This document shows, one piece after another, positions 18,735-28,141 of a stretch of 43,985 nucleotides of DNA. The stretch is taken from positions 32,256 through 76,240 of the forward strand of contig CAYWJO010000014.1 of NCBI GenBank assembly GCA_964458565.1, written 5' to 3'. Numbering within the stretch: the first letter of the stretch is position 1; every line of letters begins with the position of its first letter. A model generated the notes under the pieces. The model was not told where the DNA came from and searched no databases. It was given only the letters and a program-made list of their open reading frames with translations. This DNA is from an uncultured archaeon. Its GTDB lineage: Archaea; Asgardarchaeota; Thorarchaeia; Thorarchaeales; Thorarchaeaceae. The position numbers and the translations under genes were made by a program.

Positions 18735-20879
18735 ATGCTCACCAAAGAAGAACTGGATCATGCAGCAAAGATTTTGGAACGACCTCCTAACCCTACAGAA
18801 CTTGCAATGCTCGAAGTATTATGGTCAGAATCTTGCAGTTATAAAAGTAGTAAGAGATGGTTCCATCTCTTCAATATGGAAGGAGAACGAGTGGTATCCA
18901 ATGCACTAGAAGGCGAGATTGGTCTTGTTGACATTGGTGATGAATTACTCCTAGGAGTAACTATTGAATCAAGAAATCATGCTGCAAATGCGGAGCCTTT
19001 TCATGGTGCATCAACAGGAATTGGTGAGATTATAAGAGATATTCTATCTCATGGTTGTAAACCAGTGGGTTTGATGAATTGTCTTCGTTTTGGTCCACTC
19101 GTGGATGAACACGAGGTATACAAATTAAAGGAAGTTGTTCGAGGATTATCATATTACGGTAACTCAGTGGGAATACCAACGATTGGTGGAGATACTGAGT
19201 TTGATATAAGTTTCAAAGGTAGATGTGTTGTTAATGTTGCATGTTTCGGTGTTGTAGAAGCAGATAGAGTAATGCGAAGTACTCCACTGACTCCAGGGCA
19301 TGAACTAATTATATTTGGTGCAGAAACAAGCCGCGATTTGACCATTCCGGGTACTGAAAAAGATATCCAAGGATTTGTTCAAACTGGAGATCCATTAACA
19401 AAGAAAACAATTCTTGATGCACTAGAAATAATTTTGGAGGAGAGGTTGCTTGAGGGACTACAAGATATTGGTAGCGGAGGTCTCGCATCTGCAGCAGGTC
19501 GAATGGTATCTCATGGAAATACAGGTATAGAAATCCATTTGGAGAAAGTTCCAATATCTGATACTTCTATGATTCCATTTGAGATTATTACCTCACGAGC
19601 GCAGGAGAGAATGCTCTGTATTGTGTCACCCGAAAAGCGAGAAAGGGTCTTGTCTGTTCTCAAGGAATTTGAAATTCAGGCATCTGTTATAGGACATGTA
19701 ACTGAAGATAGTAACTATACAGCATTTTTGAATGGAGAAATTGTTGTAAAGATGCCTCTAAAGCTGCTTGTTGAGGGATTCCCTGTTCCTAGCCGAATTG
19801 AAATTGAAGATACGCCAGTTGATCATCCAATAGATTGGGTTCCAGAAACGCTTGACCACCGTGTAATAATCAAGAATTTGATGCATTTGACAAACTTATG
19901 TGATAGAGAATGGATATCAAGTCAATTTGATCAACACATCTTGACAAGTACCGTGATTGACATTGGTGATAACGCAGGGGTCATTGAATTACCCAAGGGA
20001 AAATTACTCGCATTCTCAGCAGATTGTAATTCAAATTGGTGTCGCCTGGACCCGTGGACAGGGACTGCCAATTCTGCAGCTGAGTCATTGCGAAATCTGG
20101 TTGCCACCGGAGCTGAACCAATATTCATAGCTGATTGCTTAAATTTCGGAAATCCAGAACGACCTGAATCCTACGGGCAGTACATTGATGCATTTAGAGG
20201 ATTAGGACAGTTCTCTAGTGATTTTGAGATACCGATTGTTGGAGGCAGTGTATCTCTCTATAATGAAGAGAACATTGATGGAGAAATTAGAAGAATCAAT
20301 CCAACACCACAGATAATCATGGGAGGTCTTTTTACAGAAGGGAGAAAACCGACAAGGAGAAATTTAGTTACACCATGGGCGAATATTTTTCTCGTAGGAA
20401 AGACGCATAGAGAATTGAATGGAACTGATTTTCAGGAATTACAACTAGGAAGTCGTAAAGGACTACCTCCAAGATATCTACCGGGTGATGAACAACGATC
20501 TATGAGAGCGGTGTTGCAGGCTCATAAAGCAGGTATAATACGTTCATGCAACAATATAGGACGAGGCGGATTAGCAGCTGGATTAATCAAAATGATACTA
20601 CAAAGCGAGTATGGATTCACAATCACAGTTGATGATATCCCAGGTACAGCAAAGACGTTGCCAGAAATTCTCTATTCAGAAACACCAGCAAGGTATCTTA
20701 TAGAAGTCACTGAAAGTAATCAACCCCAATTCTTGGGAATAATGGATAATAATGATGCAAGTGTAGTTGAATTAGGTTTGACACAACAAGAAAAGATCGC
20801 AGAATTTGGAGAATTCTCTCTAAATATACAGGAAGTAGTGAAATCGTATCGTAGAGGACTTAGAGATTTAGTAGAGTAG
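18735..20879 (+). CDS. purL: Small-type PurL-like protein with altered active-site histidines
   Basis: WSESCSYKSS, IESRNH, IIRDI, YGNSVGIPTIGG, QERM, DCLNFGNPE and GGSVSLYNE. Confidence 0.9.
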   Translation: MLTKEELDHAAKILERPPNPTELAMLEVLWSESCSYKSSKRWFHLFNMEGERVVSNALEGEIGLVDIGDELLLGVTIESRNHAANAEPFHGASTGIGEIIRDILSHGCKPVGLMNCLRFGPLVDEHEVYKLKEVVRGLSYYGNSVGIPTIGGDTEFDISFKGRCVVNVACFGVVEADRVMRSTPLTPGHELIIFGAETSRDLTIPGTEKDIQGFVQTGDPLTKKTILDALEIILEERLLEGLQDIGSGGLASAAGRMVSHGNTGIEIHLEKVPISDTSMIPFEIITSRAQERMLCIVSPEKRERVLSVLKEFEIQASVIGHVTEDSNYTAFLNGEIVVKMPLKLLVEGFPVPSRIEIEDTPVDHPIDWVPETLDHRVIIKNLMHLTNLCDREWISSQFDQHILTSTVIDIGDNAGVIELPKGKLLAFSADCNSNWCRLDPWTGTANSAAESLRNLVATGAEPIFIADCLNFGNPERPESYGQYIDAFRGLGQFSSDFEIPIVGGSVSLYNEENIDGEIRRINPTPQIIMGGLFTEGRKPTRRNLVTPWANIFLVGKTHRELNGTDFQELQLGSRKGLPPRYLPGDEQRSMRAVLQAHKAGIIRSCNNIGRGGLAAGLIKMILQSEYGFTITVDDIPGTAKTLPEILYSETPARYLIEVTESNQPQFLGIMDNNDASVVELGLTQQEKIAEFGEFSLNIQEVVKSYRRGLRDLVE

Positions 20880-20984
20880 TCTTCATTGATATGAGGCTAA
20901 GAAATAGATTGACAAGATTAATCAAGAGATGAATGACCAAATGAAAGGTGTCTGTTCTTCAACCTAATTGGAGAGTATGCAAAC

Positions 20985-22742
20985 TTGAGTGGTGTTCCTA
21001 TCACTTTCACTCGAATATTTGGAGAAGAAAAAACAATTCAGATTGATGAAGTATCATCAAGTCTAATGATACACAATCAACACATTGTTGAACTTGATTT
21101 ATCACCTCTTGTTAAACTCAATATAATCCGCCTAAGTCTCTACAATAATAAGATAAAGATGATTGACCTGCGACCTCTGACTGAGTGTAAAAGTATAGCC
21201 TTTATTGATTTGAGTATGAACCAACTTGAACAAATAAACCTGAAACCCATTTCAGAACTTCAAAATCTACAGGAAGTACTCTTTGAACACAATCATCTAG
21301 AAGCAATCGATTTGAACCCGTTCTCAAATCTTATGATTATAAGAAACCTTAGTTTCGCATTTAATAGGATTGGCGAAATTGATACAAGTCCATTAAAAAA
21401 GTTGACCTCTCTCGTGGTTGTTGAGCTTAATAACAATGAGATTCATAGTATTGATTTGAATGGTTTTACGTCATTAAAAAATCTTAGAGTTCTCAAGCTA
21501 AACGATAACCAGCTACTTGAGATTGATCTTACACCTCTCAATGAATTTGAAAATATCCTGAGTATCACATTTAGTAATAACAAGCTTAAAAGATTGAATC
21601 TAGGCCCACTGAATAATAGTCATAGAATTCGTGAGATTGATCTCAGGGGTAACCAACTAAAAACCGTCGAGCTTCCAGCCATTACAGGTTTACATAGATT
21701 GGACATTTCAGGAAATCAATTGGAAGAAATTGATCTGAAACCATTGAGAGCGTCCAAACAAATGAGATTGATTGATTTAAGTTCAAACAGCATCTCTGGA
21801 GTTGATTTAAGATATCTCTCAGCAATGAAGGAGTTGAAACAGGTTCTCCTGAATTTGAATAAACTTACTGATATTGATGCAAGCCACCTGTCAGAAATTA
21901 TATCATTAACAAAATTAGATTTCTCCAATAATGAATTGGAAAGAGTCATTCTCCCCAGGCAGACGTCAATCTCCGAATTAAATCTCCACGATAACAAAAT
22001 CCAGAGAATCGATCTACAGCCACTAGCAGGAAGTAGCAAACTTGCTACAATCAATCTGTCACAGAACCAGCTCGTTGAGATCGACCTTTCTCCTCTGTCT
22101 ACGTGTTCCAACCTAGAAGTCTTGGACCTGAGTAGTAATAGGCTTTCTCAGATAGATCTTGATCCACTGAAGAATTGCTCTGATTTGAGAATTATCAATC
22201 TCAAATCTAATAGATTGAAAACTATCGACTTGGCACCACTTTGTTCATGTAATGAACTACTACAACTCAATCTGCGAAATCCAATAGAGCGATTAGATAT
22301 CACTGCGTTGATTCCATGTTTAAGGCTTCGAATTGATGATGGTCTAATTATACGAGAGGGACAGAAAACCGAAACCAATCTGGTTTCTCTATTTGAGCCA
22401 ACCAAATCGAATAAAGCTCTCTTTAAGTTAAAGGAACGAATCGAAGTTCTTGACTTTGAAGAAGCATTGAATGAGAGAAAATGGGATTCAGTCTATCCTA
22501 TCATAAAAGCTATATTGAGTGGGCTTCCTCAAGAGGAATCACTACTGATATCAAATTCAATGCTAACAAAACTTGGTTTGCTGGACTATTCTATTATCTC
22601 ATCTAATGGCAAAGAAACAACTGGTTTAGAAACAAAAGAAATAAAATTTGACAGATTTATTGACATCCTAGCGAAGCTTCCGTCAGATGGGGATTATATT
22701 GATATTATGCGATTTACTCGCGATAGGCTCAATGAACAATAA
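20985..22742 (+). CDS. Leucine-rich repeat protein (internalin-like 22-aa repeats)
   Basis: About 18 repeats of LxxLxLxxNxLxxIDLxPL; no signal peptide seen. Confidence 0.92.
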   Translation: MSGVPITFTRIFGEEKTIQIDEVSSSLMIHNQHIVELDLSPLVKLNIIRLSLYNNKIKMIDLRPLTECKSIAFIDLSMNQLEQINLKPISELQNLQEVLFEHNHLEAIDLNPFSNLMIIRNLSFAFNRIGEIDTSPLKKLTSLVVVELNNNEIHSIDLNGFTSLKNLRVLKLNDNQLLEIDLTPLNEFENILSITFSNNKLKRLNLGPLNNSHRIREIDLRGNQLKTVELPAITGLHRLDISGNQLEEIDLKPLRASKQMRLIDLSSNSISGVDLRYLSAMKELKQVLLNLNKLTDIDASHLSEIISLTKLDFSNNELERVILPRQTSISELNLHDNKIQRIDLQPLAGSSKLATINLSQNQLVEIDLSPLSTCSNLEVLDLSSNRLSQIDLDPLKNCSDLRIINLKSNRLKTIDLAPLCSCNELLQLNLRNPIERLDITALIPCLRLRIDDGLIIREGQKTETNLVSLFEPTKSNKALFKLKERIEVLDFEEALNERKWDSVYPIIKAILSGLPQEESLLISNSMLTKLGLLDYSIISSNGKETTGLETKEIKFDRFIDILAKLPSDGDYIDIMRFTRDRLNEQ

Positions 22743-22810
22743 ACAACATTTGAATCCACTAATGTTGTGCTCTATCACAATGTTAATACTATCATAAATT
22801 CGGTGAACGA

Positions 22811-23962
22811 TTGATGTCCAAGAAACTCGTCTACCCTTACTCGGATGAACTTCTGAATTACGAATTTAGTAAGGAACATCCATTGAAACCTGACCGACTC
22901 AAACTTACATATCTTCTTTCTCAAAGTTTGGGACTTCTTGAAAAGGTAGAGGTTATTAAATTCCAACCCGCGACCAGAGAAGATTTAGAATTATTTCATT
23001 CAAAAGAGTTCATTGATGCAGTTATTGAAGCACCAAAATTAAACCAGATTAATGCGAGATATGGTTTAGGGATAGCAGATAATCCATTATTCCCTGAGTT
23101 GTTTGAAGCAGCATCATTGTATGTCGGTGCTACACTAGACTCCATGAAAGCCATGATAAAAGGGAAGAAATTAGCTTTCTGTATATCGGGTGGATTACAT
23201 CATGCTCAAAGGAGTGAGGCATCTGGATTCTGTATTTTCAACGATGTGGTTATCGCGGTTAATTATCTACAGAAAGAAAGACCCACAAGAGTATTGTATT
23301 TTGATTTTGACGCACATCATGGTGATGGGGTTCAGAATGCATTCTATAGATCGAAGAATGTGATGACAATATCAATTCATCAGACAGGTAAAACTTTGTT
23401 TCCAGGCACTGGCCATATATATGAAATTGGCGGAGGTGATGGAATCGGTTATTCTGTTAACGTCCCATTACTTCCAGGTGCAGGGAGTAAAGAATTGATA
23501 CGTACAACAGAAGAGATAGTAGTTCCGTTATTTGAATCATTCAAACCTGATTTGCTGGTAACTCAGATGGGTGTTGATGGTCACTATATGGACCCACTTG
23601 CACACCTTACGTATACGACGCATGGATACGAGCACGTCATTAAGACAATGAGAGAACTCTCAAGTGATATATGCAGAATGGGTTGGCTTGCAGTTGGAGG
23701 AGGAGGTTATCATCCCCCAAATGTTGCCAGATTGTGGTCTTTGTTCCTTGCCCTAATGCTTGAAGAAAAAGTTCCAAACAAGCTTCCAGATGAATTTGTA
23801 GAGATGTGCACAAACTTAGGTTATGGAAACCTACCAGAAGGCATGAGAGATGAAATCGAAGTTGTGCAACAATATCTTTCACGAGAACAAGTCGAGTTGG
23901 ATACTGAAAGGATAATCAGACGTGTTAAAGAAATGGTATTTCCGTATCATGGACTTGCATGA
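22811..23962 (+). CDS. acuC: Zn-dependent histone deacetylase family / AcuC-like lysine deacylase
   Basis: HPLKP, GGLHHA, GFCIFND, DFDAHHGDGVQ, FPGTG, NVPL and GGGGY are all intact. Confidence 0.9.
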   Translation: MMSKKLVYPYSDELLNYEFSKEHPLKPDRLKLTYLLSQSLGLLEKVEVIKFQPATREDLELFHSKEFIDAVIEAPKLNQINARYGLGIADNPLFPELFEAASLYVGATLDSMKAMIKGKKLAFCISGGLHHAQRSEASGFCIFNDVVIAVNYLQKERPTRVLYFDFDAHHGDGVQNAFYRSKNVMTISIHQTGKTLFPGTGHIYEIGGGDGIGYSVNVPLLPGAGSKELIRTTEEIVVPLFESFKPDLLVTQMGVDGHYMDPLAHLTYTTHGYEHVIKTMRELSSDICRMGWLAVGGGGYHPPNVARLWSLFLALMLEEKVPNKLPDEFVEMCTNLGYGNLPEGMRDEIEVVQQYLSREQVELDTERIIRRVKEMVFPYHGLA

Positions 23963-24576
23963 TTAATCTGAACATCAATCCATTGTTTCAATGCGGATGT
24001 AACAAGTTCTGTTGCGGTGGAGGTAATAATAGAATCAGCATCCTCAGATTCAAGATTCGATGGGTCAATACCCAAACTCGCTGCACGTTGTAACGCCGGA
24101 AAACAGAGAAATCCAATTGCTTCTATAGCATCTTGTGAATCATGAGCAATGATTTCAAGAGAGCCACTGAGCAAGTCAACTAGCGATGCTCTGGGGTCAG
24201 CATCTAAAATAGTCAACATCACATTAGTTGAAGCTAGAATATAGACATTAGGCTCTTCAGTTTCATCATCAAATTCAACCTGACCATCCACAAATGAGAG
24301 AGTTAGAACTTCATTTGTATCAATGTCATTCATACGAATAGTAATATCGGAAAAAGACTCGGAAGTTTCCTCCATGAATTTCTCGAATTGAGTATCAGTG
24401 ATTTCATCCAATGATGTGGCATCTTTGATGTTGACATTGAGAGCAGCTCTACAACCATCCACAACAGGTCCCAGATATTCCATTATCATGTATTGGTCTT
24501 GATTGATTTCAAATATGGTACGTTTTAACGCTTTTAGAAATTCTGACTCATCATCTGCATCGTTCAAATCAATCAT
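23947..24576 (-). CDS. Acidic protein with a probable SCP2-like lipid-binding domain
   Basis: Segment LTLSFVDGQVEF...PNVYILASTNVMLTIL...LLSGSLEI fits the SCP2 pattern. Confidence 0.45.
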   Translation of the reverse strand: MIDLNDADDESEFLKALKRTIFEINQDQYMIMEYLGPVVDGCRAALNVNIKDATSLDEITDTQFEKFMEETSESFSDITIRMNDIDTNEVLTLSFVDGQVEFDDETEEPNVYILASTNVMLTILDADPRASLVDLLSGSLEIIAHDSQDAIEAIGFLCFPALQRAASLGIDPSNLESEDADSIITSTATELVTSALKQWIDVQINHASP

Positions 24577-24669
24577 ACCTGCAATTCCATTAATTGCGAT
24601 ATAGAGATAATGATATCGCCAAAAGAGAAATATCAGTATCTAGTAATAACGTTGGTTGAGTCTTGAGAA

Positions 24670-25425
24670 ATGACAACCGATTTGCATACTCATCTGGGAG
24701 AAACAAGAATGGATTATACCAGTATCACGTCTGAGAATGTGATTGTAGAAGCAGACACTCTAATTAATAGAATGGATACTTTTGGTATAGACAAAGCTGT
24801 ACTAACATCATTTGGTTCAGTAAAATTCAATGATCTGTACCTTAAGGCTACTGAAGTGTACCCAGATAGATTATTTCCTGCGTGTGTCATATCACCTCGT
24901 CCTACTGATGATGCAGTATGGTTATTGAAACAATATATCGATCAGAATTATGTAGCATTGATCATAGATGAAAACCTGTGCAGATCCAGCGACCCAGCTA
25001 CTCAAGATATCATTCAGATTGCTGTCGAAAACGAAATGCCTGTCTTTTATCACTTCGAAACAATCGGACCTGAATCACTCTCTTTAATTGATAGAGTTTC
25101 AACCCTTTTTCCGGATGGTAAATTTGTTGTTCTAAGTATGGGCGGCCTTTTTGGTTTCCCTCAATTATTAACCCTCTCACATAGGGATAATATCTGGATA
25201 GAAATCTCATCAACGTTGATAAGATTGGTAGAATCACCTTTACGCATATTTTTCGATGCTTTTCTTCAGGATGGAGGTGTTAGAAGTTTGGTCTTCGGTT
25301 CCGAACATCATTCGGAATATTCCAATATAATGGCAGCTTTGAACAGTATCAATCTTAACGTTGAAACATCTAGGATTCTTAGACAGGAAAATGCTTGGGT
25401 AATACTCGGATTAGATTTCTCATAA
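24670..25425 (+). CDS. Amidohydrolase_2 family TIM-barrel protein, partly degenerate
   Basis: DLHTH, MDTFGIDKAVL, YPDRLFP, PVFYH, NIWIEIS and LVFGSE. Confidence 0.75.
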   Translation: MTTDLHTHLGETRMDYTSITSENVIVEADTLINRMDTFGIDKAVLTSFGSVKFNDLYLKATEVYPDRLFPACVISPRPTDDAVWLLKQYIDQNYVALIIDENLCRSSDPATQDIIQIAVENEMPVFYHFETIGPESLSLIDRVSTLFPDGKFVVLSMGGLFGFPQLLTLSHRDNIWIEISSTLIRLVESPLRIFFDAFLQDGGVRSLVFGSEHHSEYSNIMAALNSINLNVETSRILRQENAWVILGLDFS

Positions 25426-25779
25426 TCACTTTGCTCTCTTGAATGCATCGGCTAGCATAGCTTGATGAATTAGATCTTTCACTTCATCCTCCCTTGGTAG
25501 TCCAACAATTCTTGATTCTCCAATTATTGTAAGAGGAATGGCTAATATATTATTGAGCTCCGCTTCATTGGGTAAGTCTTCAATTTTCTTTTCTATAACC
25601 TGTAATTGGGTTTGATAAATTTCCATTGATTGAGCAATATCCCTTACAATTTCAAGAGTTTTAGAACAAAAGGGGCAACTATTACTCGTATACACACGAA
25701 TGCAAGAAACATCATCCGAATTGGTTGTTACGAGATATTCTTGAGGATTAGATAGGTATTCCTTTTGAAACAACATCAT
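25426..25779 (-). CDS. Thioredoxin/glutaredoxin-like protein (CPFC)
   Basis: VYTSNSCPFC, cis-Pro segment ILAIP and RIVGLP. Confidence 0.8.
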   Translation of the reverse strand: MMLFQKEYLSNPQEYLVTTNSDDVSCIRVYTSNSCPFCSKTLEIVRDIAQSMEIYQTQLQVIEKKIEDLPNEAELNNILAIPLTIIGESRIVGLPREDEVKDLIHQAMLADAFKRAK

Positions 25780-25812
25780 ACACGCTCCAAGGGATGTAAC
25801 GTTGAAAATACC

Positions 25813-26046
25813 TCATTCTGCAAAAGTCGGTGGCTTTAGCCGAATATAGTCTGTTACTGAATACACCTCTCTTAAAGGAATGATTTCCCAAGAATCGGTT
25901 GCATTAGTATCGTTATCCCTCTCGACAACTACGAGTGGACCTTCTTCATCTTCAAACCAGATTTTCTTTACCGTCCCTAGGGGAAATCCTTTGAAATCTC
26001 GAACGAGCTTGCCCTTAAGGAGCCATTTTGCATTATTATCGTCCAT
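25813..26046 (-). CDS. Small PRC-barrel domain protein
   Basis: LKGKLVRDFKGFPLGTVKKIWF...IIPLREVYSVTDYIRL matches the PRC-barrel pattern; GGAGG RBS upstream. Confidence 0.7.
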   Translation of the reverse strand: MDDNNAKWLLKGKLVRDFKGFPLGTVKKIWFEDEEGPLVVVERDNDTNATDSWEIIPLREVYSVTDYIRLKPPTFAE

Positions 26047-26283
26047 TGTTCCTCCTGTTTGCTATGAATAACTCATTCATGAGTATGTGTAACATGAACG
26101 CAATTCCACCGTAACACTGGATTGATAGTAAATATTGATCGTTCCATGGTACCAAATACACTATGTTCATCAGGGGATTGAGGACCTGCATGCAGATATT
26201 CGCAAGTATGTAGGGATTGCTACTAAAGCTACACTCTCATGAAGACCAATATGGATTATTGAAGGCAATGTAAGAATATAGTA

Positions 26284-26847
26284 TTATTCTTCCTCATAGC
26301 CCCACTGAACAATGGTTTCTTCCCCACTACTTATGAAAGAACCACTCACACACCAACCAGATATACCCATGATGATACCAATAATATTCATACTACCTCC
26401 AAGGATTACAAAGTTGCGTCGGTCATTTTTTTGTTCCATACTGAGATCAAGTAAACCGACATTTTCTATTCGTTCAATATGAATTGTATAGTTACCATAG
26501 TCCAAATTGAGGGTCGTTTCATCCATGAATACAGGGGGATTACTACCGGGTAATACATTCTCGGAATCCATTGTAAAATTCAAAACGAATTGATCGAGTG
26601 TGTCATTATTGACAAACAAAAGGTCTACGTATGCCATTGTTGTGTTGACACCTCTTGTTTCAATCTTCAGTTCTAGTACCGGGTAAAAACCGCTGCCTTC
26701 CCACATTTCCCATGTTGCAGCATGTTCATCTGTGAAGGGGATACTAATGGCATGATAGGGCGCCATAACTACAATAGCACCTCCAAGGAGGATGATAAAT
26801 GCGCCACCGAAATAGAGGAAAGCCTTTTTTCTGAATGTACTAACCAA
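26284..26847 (-). CDS. Two-TM membrane protein with an extracellular beta domain
   Basis: N- and C-terminal hydrophobic helices flanking a sequon-rich beta region. Confidence 0.65.
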   Translation of the reverse strand: MVSTFRKKAFLYFGGAFIILLGGAIVVMAPYHAISIPFTDEHAATWEMWEGSGFYPVLELKIETRGVNTTMAYVDLLFVNNDTLDQFVLNFTMDSENVLPGSNPPVFMDETTLNLDYGNYTIHIERIENVGLLDLSMEQKNDRRNFVILGGSMNIIGIIMGISGWCVSGSFISSGEETIVQWGYEEE

Positions 26848-26968
26848 TCGTTTGCCACCACTTATTGTTCGACCTGTTCCTGTTATAGACTTGACGAAGA
26901 GCGTATTTTGCGTACTTTATATATTATCTATCATAACATGATTATGCATCATAGATGGGGGAATAGAG

Positions 26969-28027
26969 GTGCATAGAAACATAGGAACATCAGTTCTAAT
27001 CCCTAAAAATCACTTCATCTCGCTCGAAATATTTCGGGAAGAACCACTAGTTTCTTGGAACTGGACTGATGCGGTGCTCTTCACGGCGTATGATGTATTC
27101 CGTAATAGAGATTTCTGGATTGACTCTGTCATAAATTCAGGAATGACAATTAAGGACTCAATTGTTGCAAAGGGTTTTCCAAGAGATGTAAGAATAATGG
27201 TTGACACAGGAATTTTCGAAATCGAAGCAAAAAAGGCAGGTATCTCACAAGAATTAGGAATAGATGTAGACATTCAACTATCTATTGAGGAGGTTATGTG
27301 GATATACAGGTTGTCAGGTGCCGATTACTTTGTGATTCCGGACGAGATAATATTACCATCTGATTCCAAAGAGGTAGCAATTACAAAAATTGAGACCATG
27401 AAGACAAATCTTCATACATTTCTAAATGAATTCCCACCTGAAAAGCTCGTGGCCGTTCTACAAGGATTAAATAGTGAGATGATAACAAATCTCTTTGATT
27501 ATTACAGAGAGAATGGGATTACTTTTTTTGCAGCTGGAGGAATCATCCCTCTTTGGAAATATAATCGCGAAAAATTTGAAGAAAGATTATTCTATCTCAG
27601 GGAACTTACAAAAGATTACTGGCTTCATATATTTGGTTTGCCATCATTGAGCCTGATTCCGGTTTATTCTAGGAAATATGAAGCAAATAGTATTGACACC
27701 TCGCTGTTAATTTATCTCACAGCTAAGAGGAAGTATGTAGTAGGGAATAGCACAATACAAATCAGATTAGCGAATTTCAGCGAGTGTCCGTGTGAAGGAT
27801 GTCAGAAGCTGAGACATATACCTGGGTCAAGATCTACTGATTTCTTTGTTAATCTGTACATCCACAATGTGATAGAAGCAAATAGTATTTGTCGAGGGAT
27901 ACCCACTGTTGTTGATGACTTGAGAGTAATGAAGGACACCTTTAAGCAGAATTTCACAGAATCAAAAAAACATAATGTCGAAAAAATCAATAGAGGATGG
28001 AGGACAGCAAGAGGTGATTCGCTCTAA
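26969..28027 (+). CDS. tRNA-guanine transglycosylase (TGT)-fold protein without PUA domain
   Basis: MVDTG, PDEI, AVLQG, AAGG, HIFG, SIDTS and Zn site CPCEGC...HN. Confidence 0.75.
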   Translation: MHRNIGTSVLIPKNHFISLEIFREEPLVSWNWTDAVLFTAYDVFRNRDFWIDSVINSGMTIKDSIVAKGFPRDVRIMVDTGIFEIEAKKAGISQELGIDVDIQLSIEEVMWIYRLSGADYFVIPDEIILPSDSKEVAITKIETMKTNLHTFLNEFPPEKLVAVLQGLNSEMITNLFDYYRENGITFFAAGGIIPLWKYNREKFEERLFYLRELTKDYWLHIFGLPSLSLIPVYSRKYEANSIDTSLLIYLTAKRKYVVGNSTIQIRLANFSECPCEGCQKLRHIPGSRSTDFFVNLYIHNVIEANSICRGIPTVVDDLRVMKDTFKQNFTESKKHNVEKINRGWRTARGDSL

Positions 28028-28141
28028 CTGTCAAATATAAAAGCCAGTAAATTGAATAAACCGTGACCTTTAAGTAGTGAATACTTGGGACTCTCACAGT
28101 AATACCAAATAAAAGGCTCTGTCCTTACGAACCCGGAGGAT

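Noticed and set aside
17057-20879. Calling the pur genes either ordinary purine-biosynthesis genes or pseudogenes
   Set aside because: Catalytic motifs are altered, so they are not ordinary. The ORFs are full length, coupled and free of stops or frameshifts, so they are not demonstrably pseudogenes.
20985-22300. DNA tandem repeat or CRISPR-like periodicity
   Set aside because: The 66-nt periodicity is explained by protein LRRs; there are no identical direct repeats with spacers.
26047-26283. Possible ~50-aa minus-strand ORF in the spacer upstream of the PRC-barrel gene
   Set aside because: No RBS or motif support; more likely promoter/UTR sequence.
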